Source: Hormiphora californensis (taxonomy: Eukaryota > Animalia > Ctenophora). Taken from it: a DNA stretch of 64,000 nt. Below are positions 28,346 to 41,463 of this stretch, piece after piece. The stretch spans positions 7,626,001 through 7,690,000 of the forward strand of contig CM035356.1 of assembly GCA_020137815.1 (NCBI GenBank). Reading direction: 5' to 3'. The position numbers were made by a program, and so were the translations under genes. Within the stretch, counting starts at the first letter, position 1. Each line of letters opens with the position of its first letter. A model generated the notes under the pieces. The model had not been told where the DNA came from. It saw only the letters and a program-made list of their open reading frames with translations, and searched no databases.

Positions 28346-28601
28346 GAAGCACGTCGCACAACAGCTTCCCTCCTCTATAAGACTCTCCTCCCCATCGAGA
28401 GTCCTAGAAGGTTCTTCAGAGATCACACTAAATGTAAAGCGAGTATTCCGATCAATCACTTCGAATGTTTCACTTCGTTGCCGAGTTGCGAACCGGGAAC
28501 ACGCAGCAGCTGCCTTTTGCCCAGGTGTTGGTGGCTTGCTATCTGCCTACATCAAAGGGTAATAACTTTTAAAAACTTGTCAAATATATAATGGTGGGTA
28601 C

Positions 28602-28828
28602 CTATATAACAAAAATAACCAAGTGTGCTGCTGCAGTCCCCTAGTGTGCAAGTTTTTGACACTTTGACAGCAACTAGGTAGGGGGACTGCAGCGTTGGCC
28701 AACAGTGAACCTAGAAATACCTCGGATTTACAGGCGGATGATGGGGGTGTCGGGGTAAGGAATGCGAGGATGGGATCCTCAGTGACACTCGGGGAACGGT
28801 GGTGATCTGGAGCAACTGGATGACTCAT
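28602..28828 (-). CDS. Weak candidate variable first exon, phase 2 (MSHPVAPDHHRSPS...HTWLFLLYR)
   Basis: ATG 28828 with acceptor-like TGACAG| 8 nt upstream; donor AG|GTACCC is weak. Confidence 0.3.
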
Positions 28829-29839
28829 GTTCTGGTCTGTCACAAATTGTAAAACACACGAGAAAGAATTTTAATTATGGCCTGTGAAAGGATATGTGAA
28901 AAAACACTGACGACAGAATCTTGGCTCCAGCTGCGACTACCGAGGAGAGGTCTTGTTATAAGCGGATATAGCCATGATATACACACTACAAATGTGTGCA
29001 GACCAGCTTTGGAAAGAAGAAAGTTTCTATATAAGAGCTGTACGAAGGAAGCTTTTTTTAAACAGCTAAGTCGAGAGCCGATAACAATTTACATGTGGTT
29101 ATTACAACCTTAAATGGTCCATTATGATAGTTATGAGTTCATGTGAAAAGCAATCTCATCGCAGTACGTGAATTCATTGATAACCCATTATAGAGCATGT
29201 GGTAATTCGAGCATTCGGCAAAAGCTTTGGTGATTTTTGTCCTAACCACGAACCTAGACTAAACTCCAATAATAAGACTCTAATAAATAGGACAATCATA
29301 TGGGTTTCTGTGGTTGATGCAGATATAAGGCTGTTATACTGCAACAAGAGCATGAGCATTCGATAATATAGGCTACAAAAATATAGTTGTCTCACTCTCT
29401 CTCTCTCTCCCTCCCCCTCCCTCTCTCTATCTCTCAAGACACACGTGGTGTGTGAAAGGTGGAAAACACGAGAGATATATGCACATTATATGTTCAATAA
29501 TTAAACTCCCGTGCATCACGTCGCGATCAGCTGAGAGATAAGCAAGGTGTGTGTTTATGTGTGGCAGAAAGGAGAGGGAAGATAGAGATCAGATAGAAAG
29601 ATAGAAAGGATCAGAGGGAAAGATATAGCGAGAGTTTCAAAGATAGATCAGATGATGAAAACTCTGCGATGAGATATTATTCAACAACAGCATGCGAGCA
29701 GCGAGCACAATTGTTATCGTAGAGGTCTAAAGACAGTAAATAATGAGAACATAATATGTGATTCATCTGTCAATATCATATTCAATGGTATCGAAGATAC
29801 CTCACACTCTGTTTAGAGGTATCAGAAGGGCTTCCCCTA

Positions 29840-30498
29840 TTTTTATAGCGCGCCCAAAACGTTATACTGAGCACTGAAAAGTTGTAGTCTACACTACATA
29901 GTTCTAGCTAAGGGGTTTGAGCCGCGCACAGGGCCACACCGAGACCAAATCTCGTTACTTTCCTGATTTCTTTGACACAAACAAGTATTGCAGAGCGGCC
30001 AATAGAGCTGGCGGTTTCAAACTTCGTCCGTATTCGGAGGGATAGATTAGCAGTTCAGTGTTTCAAACCAGGTTTAATTTGGCAAAGTAGAAGCTGAGTT
30101 ACAACATGTTTTGTACAAATGGTTCAACTTCAAGACCTTTTTAATTTTGATGGCCAGACCTTTCGAGATAGAAACTTCAAACTTTGCCACGATCTTTGAT
30201 ATGATGTTAAGCATACCTGACCTACTTTTTCAAAAATTTTTTTCATCATTAACACCTAAAACTGATTTCAAAACCAAGGTTCCGGGGATAATTTTTTAAA
30301 TATGAGTACAGAATTATAATTTTCAGACAATTTGGTGGGGAATACCAAAATTTGGTGCATTTTCATTGAGTGGTTGAGGAGCTATTAATTTTTGAAGTGA
30401 ATCAAAGCGGGTTTGTTACCCCTACTCAGGCCGCTTCGCGGCCTTCGTTTGGCGTGCTTCGCACGCCGCGCCGGCAAGGGTGGGGTAACTTCGTTACC
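29840..30498. mobile_element. Putative Helitron/Helentron-type non-autonomous element (left boundary uncertain)
   Basis: 3' end has twin GC hairpins AGGCCGCTTCGCGGCCT (30428-30444) and GGCGTGCTTCGCACGCC (30451-30467) inside GTTACCCC/GGGGTAAC inverted repeats, ending GGTAACTTCGTTACC; no TIR/TSD pair found. Confidence 0.4.
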
Positions 30499-30814
30499 AA
30501 ATTGGAGGTCTTGGAGTTCACGAGCGTGATCACTACATTAAAGATTCTAGAACAAATGGTCTTAGGTTATTCACGTTGTCTTGTTGTCACTACCGATTTA
30601 GTTTGATAAGTTTCCATGCACGCACATACACACACACACACAATGTATCAAAAACCTGCTATAAAAAACAAGACGGATGTCGAATGATAGAATGATGATA
30701 GAATGAATTATACTAACTAATTATCTATTGTATGAAAATACTAAATTTGATGAAGCTAGAATTCAACTGTATGAAGCTACTATTTAGTAAATTATAGTAG
30801 CATGGTAAATTTAC

Positions 30815-31075
30815 CTTGTCTGTTGCTCCATCATAACCGCCTTTACAACAGCCCGTTTAAACTTTAGTGTGCCTGTATTCGTAACGACTTCATCCTCCCC
30901 GGACAAGGGAATACTGGGCTCTTCCGAGGCTGGAGTGAGCAGATTGGTTTCACTGTTGTCCCCGCTAAAATACGCCGAGCCAGGACGAGCGATTTTACTT
31001 CTCTTGCTACTCTCGCCGCTCCAGGTTCGCTTTCCAAGTGTTTTGGGTTCCACAACTGCAGTGGGCTTCTTGGAC
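30815..31075 (-). CDS. Variable coding exon, phase 2-2 (SKKPTAVVEPKTLGKRTWSGE...KFKRAVVKAVMMEQQTR)
   Basis: Acceptor CTCTAG|G; 261 nt open; donor AG|GTAAAT; likely exon 2 of the 31464 start exon. Confidence 0.7.
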
Positions 31076-31315
31076 CTAGAGTGCTCTTATTGGTTCAAAC
31101 AGACTCAACTCTTAGTACATATTAACGTTATGAGAGAGTTTTATTTAGTTCGAATGCGGGTTCAGAGTTTTCCCTCGACAATACAAAATACAGTCAACTG
31201 AATCATTTGCTTTGGTAGTATTTATGAAGGAGCAGTATAAATTGTTATTATCTCTTATGCTCTTTAGAGGAAAAAACATGCACGTGCAAACAAACAAACA
31301 TGTCATAGTACTCAC

Positions 31316-31464
31316 TCTGCCATGGGTATTGACTCCTTTATAAAACTTTCATACTCCTCGAACATGATGTTCTTTCGGGCGGCTGTCGTATCCTGGAGGG
31401 CAGGGAGAACGCTTCTCCGCATGTTTGGAGGGATCGGGCTAGGTACCATAAGGCAGACAGTCAT
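31316..31464 (-). CDS. Variable first coding exon, phase 2 (MTVCLMVPSPIPPNMRRSVLPALQD...KESIPMAE)
   Basis: ATGs at 31464 and 31422 in frame; donor GA|GTGAGT; not in the ORF track (under 60 aa). Confidence 0.65.
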
Positions 31465-34400
31465 GGTGATGGTGAGGTTGTCAAAAGAAGCGGAAAAATG
31501 TGCAAGAGAACTAAAGAGCGGTGGCAGGCTTGTGCATGGTTATTCAATTAAAAACGGATTATTTTTTATATTAAGACCTAAAAAAAGGAGAAATTAAAAA
31601 AATCTAAACTAGAACAGCACATGGACTAATTAATATGTCCCATCAATTAGAATTCTTCGTCGTAATATAAAGTTGTCCAAGCACGTACATCAGTGCTCAT
31701 GTTTGAACTGTTCATACTTTCCGGAGCACAGTGTCAAGCGACTCAAGCTCATGTGTGCATAGTTTTCAATTGCACTGTTCATTCGACAAGTATATAATGT
31801 GTAAACATTATAGAACACATTGATAATATAGGGTGTAAACATTTCCTAGAGCTGCCACCATTAACAACAACACGGCCCAGTAATTCCTGACAATCTGGCA
31901 AAGGAAATCTTATAACACCTACAGAACAACGTATAAAGACAAAACGAGTGTGTTTTCGATACTGCTTGTGTTACACATCTAATATAAACCGATTATAGAA
32001 CTATTATAACACACAGAGCCCCCCTCCCTGCTCTCTCACATCTTATGTCATCTTACAAAGCTATGTAATTAGCTTTCTTTCTATATAATCTATATTGCAA
32101 GTGTAAAGGTGTAAATCTATTCAAAGACCATGCACATAATTGGACAAGGCCGGGGACAGGTGTAAATAAGTGTGTTTGGCGGTCATGGCAAACACCATTA
32201 ACATGGGCTCATGTGTATCTTCGATACGCAAATTGTTTAGGTATCCCTAATGTAATGAGAGCGCTAAATATTCAACTTTATGATATTAGCTTATCACCTC
32301 GGATAAGCTCAGATAAACACCCAGTATTAGCTACCTATTAGTACAGTTTAACCTGTCAGAAGAGGGCGAGCTCAGAGTAATAATTATAAATAAAACTAAA
32401 CTACTGTCACAATGGCTTATTATCATACAACCTGGATTAAAACTCATGTAATAGAGGCACCGGGAGGGGGGCGTGTGTGTAATGACATAATAAATATGTC
32501 ATTATTCAGCATTATTAAATGCTGCAGATGTAACTAATTACTTAATGTACCTAACTACTGTTCCTTGATTGCACAACTTCTTAATTCAACGAAGGCAATT
32601 ATTATTTCCCGCAGCCATAACTTGGAAACCATAAGACCGAGGTAGTAAAGATGCCAAATCTATATTTATTGCTCCAGCTTTAGCAAACAAGATATAGGGC
32701 TCCAGCTTTAGCAAACAAGATATACAAGGCTCCACCTTTAATTGGTTTGGAAAACTGGCCGAGTAAAGTATTTTTAATCAGTCAGCCAACCAGCCACGGA
32801 ATTAGCGAAGCAATACGAACTCTGCTCAGTGCACATCTAAACCTACACGTCTTGACCAAACAAAATCCAAACAAAAACCAAGCACCTGCTGTAAATACTA
32901 AGGACTAAAAACGAACACATTTGGGCTAGTATTCAAGAACACATTACAAGACGTGTGTATAACATCTTGTTTTAAGTGCCAAACTACTGGCGCCCAAAAC
33001 ACTGGGTACACTGGGTTTCGTATCCAAATTTATTGTATGTTAGCCCAAATGGCTCCCTATATCCGCCAGCTTATTCATCAACAACAACTCCTCGAGATAT
33101 ATACACACAACTGCAATGACGTGCAGTGGTACAGGAGGAGGAAACGCGGCAAAACAACACCCCAAAGAAGAAGCGTATCTAATACAAAACTGCAGAGCTG
33201 TGAAGTGTGCAATACTGGATTCTAGGTTGCTGTCTGTGCACCATGTCCAATATGCACTGCAAGTGTGTGTACCACTAATACACAGCTGGTAATTAGTAGG
33301 CCCAATGTTCATTTAGATTCGAGGGTAATTCGTGTGCACCATGGTCCATACTCAATTAACACAATGGCCATTCAGCCTAGCTGCAAGTTATATTCAGATG
33401 ACATACGATGGTACAAGACAAAAGTATAATTGAACCTCTACAAAGACCAAGTCATAAATTGTGCAACTATTGCAGCTCTTGAACAATATATCGGCTAGAT
33501 TTTCTAATGCACTACAATTTAGTTTTACTGGCAAATCTAGCTAGATTAAACTTCCGGGTACCTAGCAGAGAAGAAGTTAGTCCTAGCAGATTTACTAAGC
33601 GATCATCTGTAGATCGATTACTGTAGATCTCTGCATTATGATAGTACTACTGTCATGGTGGTGCTACAATCTTCGAGAGAGCTTCTAGCGATCGAGACAT
33701 CGAGTTGAAAATTTCAAGTTAGCTAACTGTATTTAATACAGCTAGCTACAGCATTGCTCAAACCAAACCAGCAAAGATGAGTCAGTACCTGTAATTACAG
33801 AGCGTCTAGTACTGCATCCAAATCTTAGTATAACCACAACTAAATTACAGTTATAAATGAGTTACATATATGTGATAGGTACTTGAGGGAAATGCAAATT
33901 GCAATGACGAAAATTCAGAATATATGTCAGGCAATAAAATGTGTTGTGCGTTTAGATTTAACTTTATGTTTACCAATAATTATCAGCTATAAATTCTATA
34001 ATTCCTATAGAATGAGAGTCTCCATGCGTAGGATTTAAAAACAGTTTGATAAGTGCTTCAATAATTCTGCGGTTTGAAAACTTTCCGAAACTATAGACAA
34101 CATTTAGCAGCAGCATATTGTAACAATACAACGTACAGGTCTGATATCAAAGCACGTATCGATGTGTGTGTGTCGACCGATGCGTATGCTAGTATGAGAT
34201 TGTGTGATGAGTTCATTAAATGTTCCTTATCTAATACTCTTAATTCGTGTATGATGGATCAATATAATAACGAAAATGAGAGGGAGCTGGGAGAGAAAAG
34301 AGAGGATTAAGCATCACAATTCATTCAAAAATCTCTTTCGTATGAAACATTTCATAGCATCAATTACTTTTCTTTCTCTCTTTTTTCCTCTCTATCGCAA

Positions 34401-34826
34401 TTAATCCCTGGCCCTACTAATTAAGTGATCTTATGATGAGGGAAAAAAATACTCCTCATGTATTTTATGTATCCTAGGATCAAAACAAAAAAGGGTTACA
34501 AACGACAACAACAAGATTCAAGAAAGTATCAATCTCATCAAGGAATGTGAATCTATTGACTATCAGTGATAGTCAATAGAATCACATTGTCACATTGTCA
34601 AATTGTCACTATCACTCTGCAGACACAGACAGTACAGTGCTCAACATATTGAGAGTAATAAATAATACATGGAATAAACCAAGGAGTCGACAACTATAAC
34701 AGAGCTAGTAAACTTAGTAATTCATAGATTATAGGTATTTACTCGTGCCATATGATTTCATTGCGGTGGAAGATCAGTCCACGATTTATTATTGTTCCTC
34801 TCTGAATAACATGTCATCATATAGTA

Positions 34827-34878
34827 ATACAATAATATATTCAATTTGTGGTGCCACAAATTGAATATATTATTGTAT
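34827..34878. repeat. Perfect hairpin, 25-bp arms
   Basis: ATACAATAATATATTCAATTTGTGG-TG-CCACAAATTGAATATATTATTGTAT. Confidence 0.9.
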
Positions 34879-35149
34879 AGATGCCCATCATAATTTGACA
34901 TTACAAAGAGAGCGTGACTAGTACCAGACTACTAGACTACTAGGATTACATGGCTGATATATTTGTAACACAGCTACGACAAAGTACATGTACAAAGGTA
35001 GTGGAACTGTTATAGTCAGTTGTATTGAAAACAAGCAGAACCGCGGTGTGTGTGTGAGAATGTTTAAAACAAGGGTCATGTTTTGTACAACTGCGAAAGT
35101 TGTAGAGTTAACAAGTAGAGAGCTGCACCTCACCACCTGTAGAGCTCAC

Positions 35150-35181
35150 CACCTGTAGAGTAGGTCTTGTACTCTTTCCAT
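35150..35181 (-). CDS. Weak candidate short first exon, phase 2 (MERVQDLLYRW)
   Basis: ATG 35181; donor TG|GTGAGC; donor region locally duplicated. Confidence 0.3.
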
Positions 35182-36229
35182 GAATATCAAACGTGGTGAG
35201 CTGCTTGCTGCGGTATAATATACGAGGTATTTAGCTTTGTGCTTTGTTAAGTTGAGAAAGGGTCAAGCAAGGCGAACCTGGCTAACTTATACATTATATG
35301 TATATTATGCGTTTCTCATAAAGCCTGGAAATAATACAGTCTATATGCTCTCTAACTCAAGGTCCCAAGCCAGTCCCAGGACTCATTAGTTGCTTCTAAT
35401 TTTCCACAAGAGGGATAAGAGCTGCCTCTCCCTCTCTCACGGGGATAGTACTTAGATTGTTGATTTGCCGAACCCTCACAAAGCGTGTGATGTCATTTTA
35501 CAAAATGAAGTGTGAGCTACACAAAGTAGTCGGAAGACCGTGACAATGTAAAAGAGCGTGTTGTAGCAGATTCGAGAATGCAATATAGAGAATGTCGTGT
35601 TGGGGCACTTTTCAATTATATGGTAGTGTTGACATTGTGCTGTAAGGAGGCTGTACACGAAGATAATACCATGTAAGAGAGATACAGCTCTTTGTTCCAG
35701 GGCGTGGAGTAGAACAAATAAGTTGTCGTCAGTGGGTTACAATGACAATTGGGCGACAATCTCATTACAAGATGGCAATTGGGCGACAATAACACCCCGG
35801 TAATCGGAATGTGAATTATATGGTACGAAGATTTGGTGGCACACCCCCAGATGTCGTAGTACAGTCGCTGCTTTTTGACACCACGTCACATTCCTTATAG
35901 AACTCGTCGATGTAGAGATGTGTAGGATCTGTCAAAGCATTGGCCTGACCCATTCTCACGCGAGAACTGTGGTCAGAGCATTGGCCTGACTGTGTAGGAT
36001 TAACTCTGCACACAAACAAAGAACAGCGGTTAAAATTCATTCTCCTTGAACTGCAGCTGGACGTGTCAACAAGCTGGCACAATTTGAATTTATATTATAC
36101 TCCCATATTATATTATGTTGACATGTCAGCTTCATTCTAAACCAAGACCTCTATCGTATTAAGTGGTCTGCAAGCTAGATATATCAGCTCACACAGCTCA
36201 CAACAAATATATCACTCATTCACTCATAC

Positions 36230-36280
36230 CTAACAATTTCCCATTTGCTTAGATCGCCTGCGCCACTCAGAGTTCCCTCA
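36230..36280 (-). CDS. Candidate variable exon, phase 2-2 (EGTLSGAGDLSKWEIVR)
   Basis: Acceptor ATCTTTCAG|T and donor AG|GTATGA; 51 nt; an in-frame ATG (MIISFSEG) lies just upstream. Confidence 0.45.
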
Positions 36281-37414
36281 CTGAAAGATATTATCATGAT
36301 AACATTGTTATAAGTTAAACAGCTCGTTACGAGCTGTCCTGCAGCAAGCACCAGACCGGCCGTTCTCTGAAAGAAAAGGGTCGAGGCGACGAGGCGCATG
36401 CCTGACCCTGTTCTCACTTCTCAGTGCACACGAGAACAGCGGTTGCAGAGTATTGGCCGGACAGCTCGTTGAGCTAGCTCATATATGATTTAACTGTATA
36501 CCTGTAGCTGCTGAGGCTATCACAGAACCCATGACGGCGATGATGATGGGCTGCTGATCCACCGAACACTTCCACCGTGTGGTGGTTTTCAATTATCTGG
36601 TCCGATAAAATAATAGAACTCGGGGATAAACTATCCATCTAGTGGCACACAAAGGAGGGGGATTCAAATCAAAATATTTTAAATAACACTATCAACTCAA
36701 AATATAGAATTGAAGTGCCATCTAACAGATAATTGAGAACTAGCTGTGTGCTGTCTGACACATATCAGTCGTCGCTTCCTATTTAGAACTTGAAGGACTA
36801 AACGATAAACTATATGGAATAGGTGTCAGATAGTCGAAGTGCAGCGAAATAAACTGACAGCAGTTTAGAGAATTACTTCTGAGGAAACATCTTTCCAACA
36901 TAGCTGAATTGTCATATTGGATCCATAATAATATAATTTAAACGGTGGAACTGGAAGGAGTATCGGGAGTGATCTTAGTCTCCTAAGGGCTCTGAACAAC
37001 CCCGGGCAAGGGCCTGGAGAAGTAGCGATAAAAAGAAAACAAATTGCTGTGAGTCTAAAACAGCTGGCAATGCAGTAATAGATACTACTTGTGAGAGGAG
37101 GAGCGGCGGAAGGAGGAGTAGAGAGTGGGGCCAACAAGGGATACCGCGAGAGATTCAAGCGAGCTGGTATAACATCCCACTCTCTCTCCTTCTCTCTCAT
37201 TATTCCTACCCCACTCTCTCCCTCTCTCTCATTATTCCTACCTCCCACTCTCTCCTTCTCTCTCATTATTCCTACCTCTCTCTCTCCATCCCTCCCTCTC
37301 AGAACCAATAACTGATTGACAGGAGCTGAACGCGTGTGTAATCATCAAGGCAAATGTTGGTGTGTGTTAACCGAGATCAGTACTTGGGAATATGTGCACA
37401 ACGAGGATCCATGT

Positions 37415-37428
37415 GTTTCCATGGTGAC
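37415..37428. promoter_or_regulatory. RFX X-box-like GTTTCCATGGTGAC
   Basis: Matches GTHNYYATRRNRAC. Confidence 0.4.
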
Positions 37429-37829
37429 GAAAGGGGGTCTACTACTGTAACATGTGTTTAAACTCCCTCGGGCAATAGAGAACCCACAACAGTGCACGTA
37501 TAATGTATATATCATCTCAATAGGCTTCATCCTAAACACAGATCCACACACACTGCAGTGTGCCAAGATAATTCATTTGCACGTACACGTACACGTACAA
37601 CAACGTGGCGCAGCTCAATGATGAAGGGTGTTTCCGGATACGTGTGCATTATAATATATAACCTTATTAATTGACATAATCCCATCTCTGAACTTACCGG
37701 ATGTAGTCTATGAAGTTGGGATTTGAGAGATGCATCACGATAAATCGATCTCAATGTCAGAGACTGAACTTACTGAACATGTCGATCTGAACTTACCACT
37801 TAGCGAGGTACAGTATAAAACCAACTTAC

Positions 37830-37991
37830 CATTTACCAGATGTCTGCACTACCAGACTATTACTGGCCCAGTAAGTAGCAGGTCCCCCGAACTCCCGCTC
37901 TATCTCCCTAGTTTCCGGGCTTGTTGCTGACGAGCTGGTTGGACTGGCACTCCATGGTGGAAACCTTCCCGTCTGGTGATCCACTGACCAT
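37830..37991 (-). CDS. Candidate variable exon with phase-2 donor (WSVDHQTGRFPPW...VVQTSGKW)
   Basis: 162 nt open; donor TG|GTAAGT; acceptor either CTGTAG| (37992) or a stronger ATAACAG| (38015). Confidence 0.4.
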
Positions 37992-38899
37992 CTACAGTTC
38001 CTTGGTTGTTTTTCCTGTTATAATGTGAAAAAAAAGAGTTTAGATGTTATTTTGTGGATCGGTAGTATGCAATTTAAGAGTGTGGGAACTATACCGTGGT
38101 TGTTCTAGTGGATGGTGATCTAGGTATCCATACAGAAAGACTCCGTTTCTTAAAAGCAGGTTGATGCTGCAGGGTCCCATTGTTGTCCTCAGAGTCATCT
38201 TCAGCAATCAAGTTCATACTAAACTTATCACAGTGAGTTTTAGTAGTTTTAGTAGGTTGAAGTGCATGAACAGCTGCAATTACACAACTCCGCCAAGCTT
38301 GGTCGGAGGGAGGATTCTGTACAAAACATTATTGGACAAAGAAACCGCGGTCGTTTAGCAATAGAAGTAGGTTTACATATAGCATTTAGAAACCCAAGAA
38401 AACATACAAAGATGCATTATAGCAAAATGATTCACAAACATGTGAATGCAATAACTTGAGGAAATACTTATATTATTGTTGAGCTGAGGACAATAGAGAG
38501 TGCTTTCATTATGAGGCACGATATTATCTCGAAATGAAAGAAATAATGCAAATGAATTCAAACATTATGGAAATGCTTTTGGCCAGCCTCTCAAGATCAG
38601 ACGTTCATCTCATAGTCATAATTGAGGGCATATTATAGTGATGAGTGATCATTGCTGAACTGCCAAGTAAACATGAGTAAATTCAAATGTGCCCATCATG
38701 TGCGATCAATTATGAATTTATCTCAAACAAACGCTCTTTGAAACTAAACGATCTATAACAGCTGTGTATTACGTGGGGGTCGCGTGCCAGTCATCATGGA
38801 AGTACAATTCGTGGCTCACTATTCTACTTGATCAGTAATGAAAAGATTCAACGTGCATCACACTCTAGTACCAGAAAGTAAGAGACATGTAGGGATGAA

Positions 38900-38935
<36 letters not shown>

Positions 38936-38972
38936 AGAGAGAGAGAGGGAGAGGAGAGGGGGAGATACTTAC

Positions 38973-39562
38973 TTTGATCTTTTGAAATGTTCCTATCCCA
39001 GAGGGCCATCCTTTCACGGGCCGCCTGTTTTCATTCCGGATCCCCGCACCAAATCGTTTAGTGAGTTTCTGTTTTGTGATAAAATCCGGTGAGGGGGTAG
39101 GGCTGGCACTTTCCCAAGGGAACTATCCCGATTCCCTTAAATTCACCCTGGCCCGCAAGTTCTGAAGGTTTTTAGGAGTGAATTCCACAACCTAGGACCA
39201 CTGGGCCAAAGTTGGGTGTTAGAAAGAGTTTTTTCTTTCTTGACCCTTGCAAAATCAGGTTCCCCCTTCAGCCCATGCCTCGAGGGTTTGGTGGAAGGTC
39301 CATTGATTCTTAGGGACTCTTCTGGAAATCTTATGCTGTGGATTATGAATTTATCGCTCCGCCTCCGTTTAAGTGACATAACCCAGATTTTCCCAAACGT
39401 TTCCCCGTAACCTATCCTTTTAGACCTCATCTTTCGTGAAACCCCCCGGGGCGGGTTCCGGAGTTGTATATCTCCCCCATCGGGGCACATAAAGGGGAGA
39501 GTATTTCCCTCGTCTCCACCGATCTTATGGATGACATTATTCCTGATCCCTCTGCTAAACAC
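38973..39562 (-). CDS. Large variable exon with phase-2 donor, apparently error-laden or decayed (...EHFKRSK)
   Basis: Donor AA|GTAAGT is in phase 2 relative to ORF 39143-39562; four in-frame stops lie between them; surrounding sequence has homopolymer-inflated, low-quality character. Confidence 0.4.
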
Positions 39563-39709
39563 CTGAAGCCCACGGCCCTACGCCTGCCTCTATACTACTT
39601 GCTTGGGGGGCCTCCAGGGAAAAATCTTCAAACCTGAGCCCCCCTCGGAGTTGGTCTTGGTGTTAGAAACCCGCCACTGGTTTGTAGGACGCCTCAAGGT
39701 AGGTAGAGT

Positions 39710-39740
<31 letters not shown>

Positions 39741-40174
39741 AGAGAGAGAAGAGGAGAGAGAAGAGATAGTCAGCGATAGAGAGAGCAGAGAGATGGGGGG
39801 TGAGAAGGTTGTCATTGGGTCAGGACTGATATATAATAACGGAGAGAATACATGGAGTGCATCATATGCACGCGACGTTCGTATTGTTATTTACCGTCAT
39901 CGGAACCAATGAACTTTCAAACTTGAAGACGACGAGCTAGAGACGAGAGCGAAAAGTGCTCTCTTTCTCTCTTCCTCGCGCGCTCTCGCGAAACGCCTCT
40001 CATAGTCTCCTCGATACGAGCTCGGCTCACAAATCAACTCAAAGATAGGATACAAGAGTATAGAGTCTATTTACCGGTTCCTGTGAAGGCGAGACATAAT
40101 ACAGAGTAATCTCACCGCGGGCAAATAGATTGTAAACCTTCAACTTCCTGCTATCTCTCTCCTTTTCCACTCTT

Positions 40175-40259
<85 letters not shown>

Positions 40260-41463
40260 GTATCTCTCTTGATGGTGGCTTGTCCCCGGCATCCTATTTG
40301 CATAAATCGCTCGCCCCTATTATAATTATGGTACCATAACTACACATGTCAGACCTATATCATCGTTCACCACACAATGTGAGAAATCAAAAGTGTACAA
40401 TTTATTGGCAAACTAAAATCATTTTCCGTTTAGGAAACTAAAATTGTTCCACACCTACTACCGTAATTATAGTTTAAAGTTAAACTAGCCAGACATCACA
40501 CACGCCAATCTCTCTTTCTCTGATCGCTGGATTGCCCAGTTTAAAACCGAAAGATATCAAAATGGCTATTTTTAGATTCATCTCATACTTCCTAAATCTA
40601 AGTTTGGATCAGTGCATCATAAATCAGCATAAATGAGCTACAAAGTTCATTAAAAGCTGAGATATATTTTATTACAGTGATATCGGTCCTTTGCAAAAAC
40701 ACAACGGTGTACCAAAGGGGGGGGGGGGGGGTCAGCCGATATTGGCCTTGGATATAATTATGTACCTAAGGAGGAAATTTATCAGTAGTAGTAGCTGCAA
40801 TGGTGTGATTCCAAGCGCTAATGAGTTAGAAGGGGTCGCAACCGATTCTTGCTCGGCCCGACCTTTCACACCTGAACGTTATACACATAACGGAAATTAC
40901 AGCTGTAGCTGAATAAATTCAACATCTAAGGGCAGGATCATCTCTATACTATACTGAATCCGCGGGTAGTTCAGATGGTAGGGGTCTTTTGACATGTCCG
41001 CCCTAAAAGCATTGTGTATTGCCTCTTTCCTCTCACATACTCTCACTATCATTACGTCCTCTCCCTCCCTCTCCCCCGAAGATCTGCAGTTGGCTAGTGG
41101 TATGTTAGCCCCTCAACAGTGTACAGTTTGCTGTATGTCAAGATATGGAGAGGGAGGGAGGGCTCTGATATGGAGAGGGTCAAGGAGTCGGAGAAGGGAT
41201 ATATCGAGAGGTGCAGGGTGCGGATACGAAGAGGATACCATTGTATCCGTAGCCACATTTAACTACCACATCAGTAGCTATTGTGATACTTCCAGAAATT
41301 GGATGGTTGCTATGGTTGCATACAATTGTTGTTTTGCACAAAAACTTGTAATTATAGCAAACACTTCTCCTAAGACGAGCTGTACTGATTGGTTTATTAT
41401 ACGAATGATGTTATGCCGTTATTTTCTGTCACTTTTACTGTCATTATGAAATAAATAGTTATA

